From Deltaproteobacteria bacterium (GTDB lineage Bacteria > Desulfobacterota > GWC2-55-46 > DRQE01), in assembly GCA_030636245.1 (NCBI GenBank), contig DAOVXI010000001.1, positions 1-53,221 of the forward strand: a stretch of 53,221 nucleotides of DNA. The letters are read 5' to 3'. The first letter of the stretch is position 1; each line of letters opens with the position of its first letter. This document shows, one piece after another, positions 28,797 to 38,310 of this stretch. The notes below the pieces were generated by a model that ran no database searches, was not told the DNA's origin, and saw only the letters and a program-made list of their open reading frames with translations. Position numbers and translations under genes: made by a program.

Positions 28797-29144
28797 ATGA
28801 CTGACGAAGAAAATAAAAAAACTGAAGAATGGTCTCAGGAAGAGACCAAAAATAACAATAAAGATGAAGCAAAGAAAGAAGAAGATCTGGCCGGGAATCT
28901 TCCTACGGTAAATTTTTCTACATTTGTTCTTTCTCTTTCAACCTCGGCCATGATAAGCCTTGGTGAGATCGAAAGTCCTGTAAGTAAAAAGAAAGAGAAA
29001 AGCCAGCCCATGGCAAGACACTCCATTGATCTTATAGAGCTCCTGAAGGAAAAGACAAAGGGCAACCTTGATGAAAATGAGGAAAAATTAATTGACGGAA
29101 TTCTTTATGATCTCAGGACAAGATACTTAAATGCATTTAACTAA
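28797..29144 (+). CDS. DUF1844 domain protein
   Basis: NFSTFVLSLSTSAMISLGE ... ARHSIDLIELLKEKTKGNL ... LYDLRTRY matches the DUF1844 pattern as I remember it. Confidence 0.65.
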   Translation: MTDEENKKTEEWSQEETKNNNKDEAKKEEDLAGNLPTVNFSTFVLSLSTSAMISLGEIESPVSKKKEKSQPMARHSIDLIELLKEKTKGNLDENEEKLIDGILYDLRTRYLNAFN

Positions 29145-29224
29145 TATGAAGACGGCAAGGGAAAAGAAAACAATACTGCTCCGTCTTAAAAGAGGTAACA
29201 CGAGTTACTTTACGACTATGAGTA

Positions 29225-29854
29225 GTGAGGATAGCGAGTAATTTGGAAAGATCTCAATACATACTAGCCTTTACGGGAGCCAGCGGCGCGCCATATGGTC
29301 TGAAGCTATTGAGCGAGCTTCTTAAAAGGGACTCGTGCGTTGATACCGCTATAACGCCCGCGGCGCTTCTTATACTAAAAGAAGAGGTCGACCTTACTAT
29401 TAATAGCGCTGAAGATATACTTAACTATCTTAATAAGAGCTATAAGGGTAATCATAAGGGCAAGTTTACCTTGCATGCCCATGATGATCTAACCTCTCCC
29501 CTTGCAAGCGGCTCTTCGCTAAACAAGAAAATGATAATAGCGCCTTGTTCAATGGGATCTTTGGCAAGAATAGCCACCGGTGTTTCAAGTAACCTGATCG
29601 AGAGGGCAGCAGATTGCGTTATAAAGGAAGCAGGCGAATTGGTGCTTGTTCCGAGAGAGACACCACTTAGTCCGATCCATCTTGAGAATATGCTGAAACT
29701 TTCCCGCATTGATGTGCAGATAGTTCCGGCGATGCCTGCTTTTTATAACGCTCCAAAGAGCATTGAGGATATGGTAGACTTTGTCGTGGGGAAGGTTTTG
29801 GACGCGCTTAGAATTGAAAATGATCTTTATAAAAGGTGGAGCGGCGAGAGTTAG
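29225..29854 (+). CDS. ubiX: Flavin prenyltransferase UbiX
   Basis: FTGASGAPYG, APCSMGSLARIATG, RAADCVIKE, LVPRETPLSPIHLENM, PAFYNAPKSIEDMVDFVVGKVLD. The start is uncertain: GTG at 29225 or TTG at 29243. Confidence 0.85.
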   Translation: MRIASNLERSQYILAFTGASGAPYGLKLLSELLKRDSCVDTAITPAALLILKEEVDLTINSAEDILNYLNKSYKGNHKGKFTLHAHDDLTSPLASGSSLNKKMIIAPCSMGSLARIATGVSSNLIERAADCVIKEAGELVLVPRETPLSPIHLENMLKLSRIDVQIVPAMPAFYNAPKSIEDMVDFVVGKVLDALRIENDLYKRWSGES

Positions 29855-29922
29855 ACTTGAAATAACTAGCTAACGAATGATAGACTTTTGTTTCTACCTT
29901 GGACATAAGGTGAGTTAAAATT

Positions 29923-29975
29923 ATGCTGGATATAAAATAGAAAGATGTAACCCTGAGGAACCCTGGAAAATTAAA
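29923..29975 (+). other. Degenerate duplicate of the serS 5' end (mini-ORF MLDIK-stop, then frameshifted similarity)
   Basis: ATGCTGGATATAAAAT (29923-) matches ATGTTAGATATTAAAT (30005-) at 13/16 positions. Colinear AACCCTGAGGA vs AACTCTGAAGA follows. AAGGT-type pre-ATG segments are also shared. Confidence 0.55.
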
Positions 29976-30004
29976 GTTGTTTGTGATCTATAAAAGGTAA
30001 TGTA

Positions 30005-31285
30005 ATGTTAGATATTAAATTAATAAGAGATAACTCTGAAGAGTTTGAAAAAAAACTTTCTTTAAGGGGAGAGGGCATAAGCCTGAAGCCGTTAAAGGAA
30101 CTTGATGCGAAGAGGCGTACGCTTCTCTCAGAGGTCGAGGCACTTAAGGCTGAGCGCAACACTGTCTCTCAAGAGGTCGGCCGATTAAAGAAGGAAAAAA
30201 AGGATGCCGATGAGCTTGTAGATAAGATGCAGGGGGTCTCCGCAAGAATAAAGGAGCTTGACGGTGAGGTTGCCGTCATAGAGGCAGAGCTTGAAAAGCA
30301 TATCCTGACCATACCTAATACGCCTCATGAGAGCGTGCCCGTTGGAGCGGATGAAAGCGCCAATGAGGTTGCTCGTGTTATCGGAGAAAAGCCTTCATTT
30401 GATTTTAGCCCAAAGGAGCACCTTGATATTGGTGAGTCTCTCGGAATAGTAGACATGGAGCGCGCGGGTAAGCTTGCAGGTGCGAGGTTTTCACTGCTTA
30501 AGGACGAAGGAGCGCTTCTTGAGCGTGCACTAATAAACTTCATGCTGGATATTCACACAAGGGAGCATGGCTACACCGAGGTACTGCCTCCATTTATGGT
30601 CAAGAGCGATTGTTTTGTTGGCACGGGTCAGCTTCCAAAGTTCGAGGACGATCAGTTCAAGATAGAGGGCTGGGATCACTATCTTGTGCCAACTGCCGAG
30701 GTTCCTGTCACCAACATCCACCGTGAAGAGGTTTTAAGGGAAGAGGAGCTTCCAATTTGTTATACGGCGTATACCCCATGCTTTAGAAAAGAGGCCGGTT
30801 CTTACGGTAAGGACACAAAGGGGCTTATACGTCAGCATCAGTTCAATAAGGTCGAGCTGGTTAAGTTTTGCCGTCCGGAGGATTCTTACGACGAGCTTGA
30901 GAAACTGACCGCTAACGCCGAGGAGATACTTAAAAGACTTGGTCTTCACTACCGTGTTGTAACACTCTGTACCGGAGACATCGGGTTTTCATCTGCCAAG
31001 ACATATGACCTTGAGGTTTGGCTCCCTGGTCAAAGCGCATACCGTGAGATTAGCTCTTGCTCGAACTTTGAGGATTTTCAGGCCAGAAGAGCGAAGATAA
31101 GATATAAGGGCAAGGGTGGGGGCAAAACCCGGTTTGTGCATACCTTGAACGGCAGTGGCCTGGCCGCCGGCCGTACACTAATAGCTATTCTTGAGAACTA
31201 CCAGAACGCCGATGGCTCCGTCACCATCCCGGAGGCATTGAGACCATATACCGGCGGACTTGAAAAGATAGAGAAAAAAAGTTAA
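30005..31285 (+). CDS. serS: Seryl-tRNA synthetase
   Basis: N-terminal coiled-coil arm. Class II motifs: [46 protein letters not shown]. Confidence 0.95.
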   Translation: MLDIKLIRDNSEEFEKKLSLRGEGISLKPLKELDAKRRTLLSEVEALKAERNTVSQEVGRLKKEKKDADELVDKMQGVSARIKELDGEVAVIEAELEKHILTIPNTPHESVPVGADESANEVARVIGEKPSFDFSPKEHLDIGESLGIVDMERAGKLAGARFSLLKDEGALLERALINFMLDIHTREHGYTEVLPPFMVKSDCFVGTGQLPKFEDDQFKIEGWDHYLVPTAEVPVTNIHREEVLREEELPICYTAYTPCFRKEAGSYGKDTKGLIRQHQFNKVELVKFCRPEDSYDELEKLTANAEEILKRLGLHYRVVTLCTGDIGFSSAKTYDLEVWLPGQSAYREISSCSNFEDFQARRAKIRYKGKGGGKTRFVHTLNGSGLAAGRTLIAILENYQNADGSVTIPEALRPYTGGLEKIEKKS

Positions 31286-31312
31286 TATATTCAATTCATA
31301 ATTACTTCAAAT

Positions 31313-31398
31313 GGAGGGTTTGCCTAATTGGTAAGGCAGCAGTCTTGAAAACTGCCGGGTTAACGCCTATGAGGGTTCGAGTCCCTTGCCCTCCGCCA
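31313..31398 (+). tRNA. tRNA-Ser (anticodon TGA), long variable arm, CCA encoded
   Basis: GGAGGGT acceptor pairs with GCCCTCC. D stem GCCT/AGGC. Anticodon stem GCAGT/ACTGC with loop CTTGAAA. Extra arm present. T arm GAGGG-TTCGAGT-CCCTT. Lies 27 nt after serS. Confidence 0.9.
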
Positions 31399-31565
31399 CT
31401 TATTATAGCAATAATAATTTTTGTAGAAGGTTATATCCTTTAAGGGTCTTGTAGGACAGTGGTATATGCTATGGATTCTAAATGGTTTAAGTTAATGTAT
31501 ATTTCTTCAAGATGGTTATTATCGTTGTTACCTAATTATAAGTTAGGCTCTAAAAAAGAAGATGT

Positions 31566-32549
31566 ATGAAAAAATTTCAGGCCAAGTTAGCTTTATTGAT
31601 GATAGCATTTATGGCAGGCGTAATTTTTGGAATTGCCAGTTATAAATATCACTTCTTCCCTTACGAAACCCTAAAAACGGTATTTCATTTGACTCAAAAG
31701 GACACTGAGACTACTGGTTCTTGGTCTATTGGTATATATGAAGGTTCCTCTCCATTCTATTTGGCTGATCCAAAAGACATTTCCAACCCGGTCCTGACAA
31801 AAAAAGATGTTGTTGATATAGACGCAACTTTCGTCGCAGACCCGTTCATGGTTATTAATGAAAAAAAACATTTTATGTTTTTTGAAGTACTAAATAGGGA
31901 AACTAACCAAGGTGATATCGCTTATGCGGAGAGCATGGATGGAAAAAAATGGAATTATAAAAAAGTTGTTATAGATGAGGAATTTCATCTGTCATATCCG
32001 TATGTGTTTGAGTGGAACAATAGTTACTACTTAATTCCGGAGAGTAATAAAGATTCTTCGGTGAGGCTATACAAAGCAACAAAGTTTCCTGAAAGCTGGG
32101 AATATCTTGATAATCTATTGTTTGGATATAGATATGTGGACCCTACAATATTTCGATATGAAGATAAATGGTGGATGTTTGTGTCTACTGAAGAAAGCAA
32201 TGTCCTGAATCTTTATTATTCAAAGGAATTACTGACAGGATGGAGGCCTCACCCAATGAATCCTGTAGTAAAGTTTGATAAGAATTTTTCAAGGCCGGGT
32301 GGTCGAGTTATCGTTTATGAGGACAAACTGTATCGATTAACGCAAGACGATGATCCAAGTTATGGAGTCCAGGTTTTTGCCTTTGAAATAACCAAGCTAT
32401 CAGAAACATCATATGAGGACAAATTAGCTTCAAAAACCCCCATAGTAACAAAGACAGGAATCGGATGGAATGCAGCCGGTATGCACCATGTAGACCTGCA
32501 CAAAATAGAGAATAAATGGATATCGGCGGTAGATGGACGAAGTAAGTGA
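31566..32549 (+). CDS. Membrane-anchored protein with GH43-like/GINT1-N-like beta-propeller signature, function unknown
   Basis: N-terminal TM (LALLMIAFMAGVIFGIASY). FVADPFMVINEKKHFMFFEV...GDIAYAES.DGKKW...SYPYVFEWNNSYYLIPES resembles the five-bladed propeller family annotated as glucosamine inositolphosphorylceramide transferase-like. A+T-rich relative to the flanks. Confidence 0.4.
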   Translation: MKKFQAKLALLMIAFMAGVIFGIASYKYHFFPYETLKTVFHLTQKDTETTGSWSIGIYEGSSPFYLADPKDISNPVLTKKDVVDIDATFVADPFMVINEKKHFMFFEVLNRETNQGDIAYAESMDGKKWNYKKVVIDEEFHLSYPYVFEWNNSYYLIPESNKDSSVRLYKATKFPESWEYLDNLLFGYRYVDPTIFRYEDKWWMFVSTEESNVLNLYYSKELLTGWRPHPMNPVVKFDKNFSRPGGRVIVYEDKLYRLTQDDDPSYGVQVFAFEITKLSETSYEDKLASKTPIVTKTGIGWNAAGMHHVDLHKIENKWISAVDGRSK

Positions 32550-32779
32550 GCCTGACACAGTACGGCACTTGGTAGCCGGTTCATTATTTACCTATGTTTT
32601 TGAATAACTCTGTGTTACTATAAATATTAATTGAACTTGTGTACCTGGCGCACTCCGGTAAGCGCCTCTCGTGTCGTTGTAAATACCATTCTTTTCCAAC
32701 ATCACTCACAATAACCTTAAAACAATTTCGCCTTTACCGGCTCATAAGTTATGAGTAGGCCGATATTAGGAGCATAACT

Positions 32780-34057
32780 ATGTCATTTGAAGAACTCGGC
32801 CTTGTGCCCGAGCTACTTAGCGCTGTAAAGAAACAGGGCTACACAGAACCAACACCGATACAACTCAGAGCCATCCCAAAGGTTCTTGAAGGAAGAGACA
32901 TCCTTGCCGGAGCACAGACCGGTACGGGTAAGACAGCTGCATTCACGCTACCAATGCTGCAGCTGCTGAGTAGTAAAGAAAGCAACGCAAGAGGTCGAGC
33001 CGTTAGGGCGCTGGTCCTAACTCCAACACGTGAGCTAGCCGCCCAGGTAGGCGAGAGCGTAGCAACCTATGGTAAGGGTATGCATTTGAACTCGACCATA
33101 GTATACGGCGGGGTTGGTATAAATCCGCAGAAACAAAAGTTGCGCCAAGGTGTGGATATACTGGTAGCCACACCAGGCCGTCTACTTGACCATGCGGGAC
33201 AGAAGACGGTAAACCTCTCTAAGGTTGAGATACTCGTGCTGGACGAGGCCGACCGTATGCTTGATATGGGTTTCATACATGATATAAAGAGGATATTAAA
33301 ACTTCTTCCGAGCAAGAGGCAGAATCTTTTGTTCTCGGCTACATACTCAAAGGAGATAAAACGTCTTGCCGACGGACTGCTGCATAACCCGGAGCTCATA
33401 GAGGTTACACCGAGGAACACGGCAACAGAGCTTGTTACGCAGGTCGTGCACCCGGTTGGAAAGACACGCAAGCGGGAACTGCTCTCAAAACTTATAACTG
33501 ATGGCAACTGGAGTCAGGTTCTTGTTTTTACAAGGACCAAGCACGGAGCTAATAAACTTGCAAAGCAGCTTACAACGGACGGCGTGAGCGCAACGGCAAT
33601 TCATGGCAACAAGAGCCAGTCGGCACGCACAAAAGCTCTGGCTGATTTTAAGAAAGGTGCTGTTAGAACCCTTGTTGCGACAGATATAGCCGCACGGGGT
33701 CTCGACATTGACAGTCTCCCTCATGTTGTGAACTTTGAACTGCCACATGTCCCGGAGGACTACGTCCATCGTATCGGGCGCACAGGCCGCGCCGGAGTGG
33801 AGGGCAGGGCCCTTTCTCTCGTATCCTCGGAAGAGAGAGGACAGCTAAGCAGCATTCAGCGTCTTCTTGGCCGTAAGATCGAGGTTGAGAGGATCCCTGG
33901 TTTTTATGAGAATGATACGCCGTCTACTCCAGGTACCGAGAAGCACCTTCCTTTTGGAGAACGTCGTTTTAAAAAAACCAGTGGAGATCAAAACCGTCGG
34001 AATAAGTACGGCGGTAAGGACAACGCCAGAGGTAGGAAAAGTAGCCGGAGTAGATAG
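32780..34057 (+). CDS. rhlE: ATP-dependent DEAD-box RNA helicase (RhlE-like) with basic C-terminal tail
   Basis: Q motif, [31 protein letters not shown]. Preceded by a ~230-nt untranslated region. Confidence 0.9.
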   Translation: MSFEELGLVPELLSAVKKQGYTEPTPIQLRAIPKVLEGRDILAGAQTGTGKTAAFTLPMLQLLSSKESNARGRAVRALVLTPTRELAAQVGESVATYGKGMHLNSTIVYGGVGINPQKQKLRQGVDILVATPGRLLDHAGQKTVNLSKVEILVLDEADRMLDMGFIHDIKRILKLLPSKRQNLLFSATYSKEIKRLADGLLHNPELIEVTPRNTATELVTQVVHPVGKTRKRELLSKLITDGNWSQVLVFTRTKHGANKLAKQLTTDGVSATAIHGNKSQSARTKALADFKKGAVRTLVATDIAARGLDIDSLPHVVNFELPHVPEDYVHRIGRTGRAGVEGRALSLVSSEERGQLSSIQRLLGRKIEVERIPGFYENDTPSTPGTEKHLPFGERRFKKTSGDQNRRNKYGGKDNARGRKSSRSR

Positions 34058-34098
34058 CTGTAATCTTTTATAGCTTATATAATTAATATTCGTTGTAT

Positions 34099-34127
34099 AA
34101 AAAAGCCCGCTAGTAGCGGGCTTTTTT
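34099..34127. terminator. Bidirectional rho-independent terminator between convergent rhlE and sulP
   Basis: AAAAAA-GCCCGC-TAGTA-GCGGGC-TTTTTT. Confidence 0.8.
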
Positions 34128-34200
34128 ATTATTCAATATTGTACTTTAAGTTAGCGTAGGTTTTCTGATTTTCGACGGGCACAATTCATAGACAGAGGCA

Positions 34201-35802
34201 CTAATCCGTTGTAGATAATTCTTCCTGGTATTTACGGTAGTTATCGATGCTGACAAAGTAATCGGGGTCTTCAAGAACATTTACGTCACATATCTTCTCA
34301 GCTTTTTTAATAAGGCGAGTACAATCCTTGCTCAGGTGGCGCAGGTGAATGTTCTTGCCCAGTTGCTGATAGGCCTCCGCGACTTTATTGATGATATCGA
34401 TCGCCGATTGGTCCATGATGCGAGACTCTTCAAAGTCAATAATAACCTCCTGCGGGTCATCTTCAATATCAAACTTACTGAAGAATAAAGTTGTGGAGCC
34501 AAAGAACAAGGGCCCATAGATCTTGTAATGTTTAATGCCGTGCTCATCCACTGACTTTTGTGCACGAATACGTAAGGCATTTCTCCACGCGAAGATAAGT
34601 GCTGAGATAATAACACCGCAAAGTACGGCGATAGCAAGGTCATACATGACGGTAAGGGCTGTTACAAGAATGATAACCGTCACGTCCCACTTGGGGATCT
34701 TATTTATAATATTAAAGGTACTCCAGGCAAAGGTTTTTATTACTACGATAAACATAACCCCGACCAAAGCGGCAATGGGCACCTGTTCGATATAATCGGA
34801 GGTGAAGAGAATAAAGAAGAGCAGAGCGATGCCGGCAGTGATGCCGGAAAGCCGCCCGCGCCCGCCTGAGGTAATGTTGATGATGCTTTGTCCTATCATG
34901 GCGCAACCTCCCATGCCGCCAAAGAGACCGTTCGTGAAGTTGGCAACACCCTGAGCAACACACTCCTTGTTTCCATTTCCATGCGAATGTGTAAGCTCAT
35001 CAATGAGACTTAAGGTCATCAGGGACTCAATGAGTCCGATGGCAGAAAGGATTACGGCATAGGGTGTTATAAAGACAAGTGTCTCCCAGGAGAAGGGAAC
35101 CTGAGGAAAGGCAAAGCTTGGAAGACCCGCCTGGATCCCGGTGCCGCCGTTCGTAAGAATAAAGGAGAGGACGGTTTCCGTGTCTATCTTGATAAAAAGT
35201 ACGAGGAGAGAAACAGAGATAATACCGATAAGAGCTCCCGGTGCTTTTTTATATATAAGAGGTACGAGAAAGAGGATTCCCATGGTCAAGGCCACAAGAG
35301 CGATCATGGTCCAGAGAGCCTTGCCCTGGATCCAACCCTCACCCGACTGGAACATCTTCAGCTGTGATAAGAAAATTACAATGGCAAGTCCATTAACGAA
35401 ACCCATCATAACGGATCTCGGAACCATTCGGATAAACTTGCCCAAACGAAAAAATCCGGCAAGGCTTTGAAAAATGCCAACGAGCAGGAGGGTAAAAAAT
35501 AGATACTGAACCCCTGAGTAAGAGCCTTCCGCGCCCATGGCGTTACCTTCCATGACAAGGTGTACCATGACAACTGCCATGGCACCTGTAGCTCCCGAGA
35601 TCATCCCCGGTCTGCCACCACCTATGGCTGTAATAAGGCACATCATGAAGGCACCGTACAGACCCACAATAGGAGAGACACCCGCAACAAAGGCGAAAGC
35701 AACAGCCTCCGGGACCAAGGCAAGCGCTACGGTCAGTCCTGAGAATATGTCAGCCTGAACGCTGCCCTTGTAGCGCGGTATCATGGAATGGTCAGATTTC
35801 AT
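34201..35802 (-). CDS. SulP-family anion (sulfate) permease with C-terminal STAS domain
   Basis: DIFSGLTVALALVPEAVAFAFVAGV... is a typical SulP N-terminus. Many TM segments. STAS-like C-terminus. I prefer the internal ATG at 35802 (AAGGA RBS) over the ORF-track start at 35916. Confidence 0.85.
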   Translation of the reverse strand: MKSDHSMIPRYKGSVQADIFSGLTVALALVPEAVAFAFVAGVSPIVGLYGAFMMCLITAIGGGRPGMISGATGAMAVVMVHLVMEGNAMGAEGSYSGVQYLFFTLLLVGIFQSLAGFFRLGKFIRMVPRSVMMGFVNGLAIVIFLSQLKMFQSGEGWIQGKALWTMIALVALTMGILFLVPLIYKKAPGALIGIISVSLLVLFIKIDTETVLSFILTNGGTGIQAGLPSFAFPQVPFSWETLVFITPYAVILSAIGLIESLMTLSLIDELTHSHGNGNKECVAQGVANFTNGLFGGMGGCAMIGQSIINITSGGRGRLSGITAGIALLFFILFTSDYIEQVPIAALVGVMFIVVIKTFAWSTFNIINKIPKWDVTVIILVTALTVMYDLAIAVLCGVIISALIFAWRNALRIRAQKSVDEHGIKHYKIYGPLFFGSTTLFFSKFDIEDDPQEVIIDFEESRIMDQSAIDIINKVAEAYQQLGKNIHLRHLSKDCTRLIKKAEKICDVNVLEDPDYFVSIDNYRKYQEELSTTD

Positions 35803-35999
35803 AAAAGTCCTTAAATATATATAAGCTGTTATTTGCTGAGTATCAAAGGATGCATTGTGATAATAATGCGCTTTAAGTGAATAGAGCAATATACAACATT
35901 TCGGTAAAAACCACAACAGTCATCGTTGGAAGCTATATTTATATGCTTTATGGCACCTTCCAAGTTCAATATCCATCCGTCATGTGTTAAAATTACCAT

Positions 36000-37427
36000 A
36001 TGAAAGCAGTTTTGTTAAAAGAGGTTGTAGCTGAGTTGAGTGAAAGGATAAGTAACTCTATCGTCGCAAAGGTCTATGAACCAAGCGCAAGAGAGCTGCT
36101 TATATATCTTTACACCGGCAGGACTCAGGAAGGATTATTTATCTCCACCCACCCAAAGTATTCATCAATATTTCTAACTAAGAAAAAGATGAAAAACCCG
36201 GAACGTCCACCGAGGTTTTGTTCACTATTGCGTAGTCGGCTTTCGGGCTTAAAACTTGTTGAAGTTAAGCAGAAAGAAAATGAGAGGATACTCAACCTAA
36301 TCTTTACGGGGACCGAGGTTGAGTACACATTGGTTGTTGAGCTAACGGGCAAATCCTCAAATGTTATTTTAACGGACGGCAAAGGTACTGTCATCGATAG
36401 CTTAAGGCACTTTAAGGGCGAAGGTATTGAAAGAGAGGTTTACCCCGGAGCTGAATTTGTAGAGCTTCCCTTACCAAAAGAAGGAGCTCGGGGAGGCTTT
36501 GAGTTTACAAAGAAAGATAATGAAAGTTATCTTGAAGCAGCGGAGCGTACGTACTTTGCATTGATCAAAAAAGATGAAAAAGAATTTGAGGCAAGTGAGA
36601 TCAGAAGGGCCTTGAGGACCGAGATAAAAAAGCGTAAAAGAAAAATACAAAACCTTGAAGCCGACAGGACGAATGCAGTAAGGCTGCAGGGTGGTAGAAA
36701 AAAAGGGGAGCTCATAATTGCCAACTTTAATAGTGTTGAGAAAGGCGCGGAGAAGGTTGCGCTTAATGATTATACCGAGGAAGGCGTTAAAAAAGTAGTT
36801 GTTAGGCTCGACCCCAAGTTAGGCGCGAAGGACAACGCTGAGAGGTACTTTAAAAGGGCGAAAAAAGGAGAGACAACCCTTAAGATGCTTAAGGAAAGGC
36901 TCCCTGCCGCGGTTGAAGAGCTTCATACGGTTGAAAAATATCTGAAAAGTTTTGATGAGGCCGGGGAGAAGGAAAAAGAAGAGTTAATAGAAAAACTATA
37001 TAAAGAGAAGTTACTAAAAAGAAAAATATCGAAAAAAGAAGAGAAAAAAGAAAAGGCACTCCCATACAGAGCATTCCTCTCAAGCGACGGTTTCTCGCTG
37101 CTTTGTGGAAAATCTAGCAAGAGTAACGACACCCTTTTGCGGGAAAAAGCGGCGAGCGGAGATATGTGGCTTCACGCAAAAGATGTTTCAGGTTCACATG
37201 TGATAATAAAAGCCAGTGGACGGGTCATAAGTAAAAAGGCCATTATCGAAGCGGCACGAGTGGCGGCTTTTTATAGCCGCGCAAAAGAACAGAGCAAGGT
37301 TGAGGTAATAGTAACGGATGTTAAGTTCGTCCGTAAGGTAAAGGGCGCGGCCTCTGGCTCGGTAAATGTCAGCGAGTTCGACACGGTCCTGGTCGAGCCG
37401 ACACTTGGAACACTTAGAAAGAGATGA
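36000..37427 (+). CDS. NFACT-family protein (RqcH/FbpA-like, short 475-aa form with NFACT-N, coiled coil, NFACT-R/DUF814)
   Basis: N-terminus ...HPKYSSIFLTKKK...PPRFCSLLRSRLSGLKLVEVKQKENERILNLIF is NFACT-N. The central part is a K/E coiled coil. The C-terminal GDMWLHAKDVSGSHVIIK...AARVAAFYS is DUF814. Confidence 0.75.
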   Translation: MKAVLLKEVVAELSERISNSIVAKVYEPSARELLIYLYTGRTQEGLFISTHPKYSSIFLTKKKMKNPERPPRFCSLLRSRLSGLKLVEVKQKENERILNLIFTGTEVEYTLVVELTGKSSNVILTDGKGTVIDSLRHFKGEGIEREVYPGAEFVELPLPKEGARGGFEFTKKDNESYLEAAERTYFALIKKDEKEFEASEIRRALRTEIKKRKRKIQNLEADRTNAVRLQGGRKKGELIIANFNSVEKGAEKVALNDYTEEGVKKVVVRLDPKLGAKDNAERYFKRAKKGETTLKMLKERLPAAVEELHTVEKYLKSFDEAGEKEKEELIEKLYKEKLLKRKISKKEEKKEKALPYRAFLSSDGFSLLCGKSSKSNDTLLREKAASGDMWLHAKDVSGSHVIIKASGRVISKKAIIEAARVAAFYSRAKEQSKVEVIVTDVKFVRKVKGAASGSVNVSEFDTVLVEPTLGTLRKR

Positions 37428-37431
37428 TGGA

Positions 37432-38310
37432 ATGACGTTAGAGGCAATAAAAGCATATCCTGATGGTGAAGAGATAACCCTTAAAACTAAAGCAATATTG
37501 GAGCCGCTCTTTAAAGAGGACCAAAGCTCGGTGTCAGAGTTTACCTTTGCGAATATTTATCTATTCAGAAAAAAACACGGCTACCTTTTAAGCAAGCTTT
37601 CTGACAACACACTCGCCATAAGCGGGAGCGAAGCCGGTAAGGCTTTTTTGCTGCTGCCATTCGGTTTGCCAGAGGCCGCTGTGCTGGTGGATATATTAAA
37701 AGCCGGTGTTACTTTGAAATGCATAACCGAAGAAGATGTAAAGGCCTTGGAAGGATTGGGGGTTAAGATACAAGAAGACAGGGATAACTTTGATTATATT
37801 TATTTAAGAGAAGAACTTTCGGAGCTTAAGGGCGGAAAGTTCTTAAAGAAACGGAACAGGGCTAGCGCCTTTACTTCCAAGTATAACGCAGAGGCAGTGA
37901 AGCTTGACGAGGATCGTCTTGATGATGCCTTAACGGTATTAGATAAGTGGCATGAAGATAGGCTTAATGCCGGGAAAGACGATGGCGATTATCATGAAAC
38001 AAAAGAAGCGCTTCACTCGATGAAGGAGCTCGGGCTTATGGGGTGCATATATTACGCCGACAAATTGGCCGTGGCCTTTGAGATAGGCGAGGCCCTTGGA
38101 CGAAGCGACACATTCGCCGTACACTTTGAAAAGGGATTGACCGAATACTCCGGGGTTCTTCAGTATGTTGTAAAATCATTTGCCTCGCTTATGCCAAGTA
38201 GCTTTAAGTATATAAATCGGGAACAGGATCTCGGTATCCCGTCACTTAGGCGTGCCAAGGAATTGTTAAGACCAATAAAATTCATAAAAAAGTACAGGGT
38301 GAGTCTTTGA
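37432..38310 (+). CDS. DUF2156-like protein (MprF C-terminal/aminoacyl-tRNA-transferase-type acyl-CoA N-acyltransferase fold)
   Basis: About 290 aa. SEFTFANIYLFRKKHGY...GGKFLKKRNRASAF...YYADKLAVAFEIGE... resembles standalone DUF2156 proteins. The assignment is from memory of the family pattern only. Confidence 0.45.
   Translation: MTLEAIKAYPDGEEITLKTKAILEPLFKEDQSSVSEFTFANIYLFRKKHGYLLSKLSDNTLAISGSEAGKAFLLLPFGLPEAAVLVDILKAGVTLKCITEEDVKALEGLGVKIQEDRDNFDYIYLREELSELKGGKFLKKRNRASAFTSKYNAEAVKLDEDRLDDALTVLDKWHEDRLNAGKDDGDYHETKEALHSMKELGLMGCIYYADKLAVAFEIGEALGRSDTFAVHFEKGLTEYSGVLQYVVKSFASLMPSSFKYINREQDLGIPSLRRAKELLRPIKFIKKYRVSL

Noticed and set aside
31399-32779. Integrative element at tRNA-Ser with att repeats
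   Set aside because: There is no integrase, excisionase or transposase ORF. By eye I could not find a direct repeat of the tRNA-Ser 3' end downstream of the A+T-rich gene. It is kept only as a compositional islet finding.
35951-35968. Sigma-54 promoter suggested by TGGCAC in the sulP/NFACT divergent region
   Set aside because: The -12 element is missing: TGGCAC-N5-AAGTT instead of TTGC. A lone TGGCAC hexamer is expected by chance.
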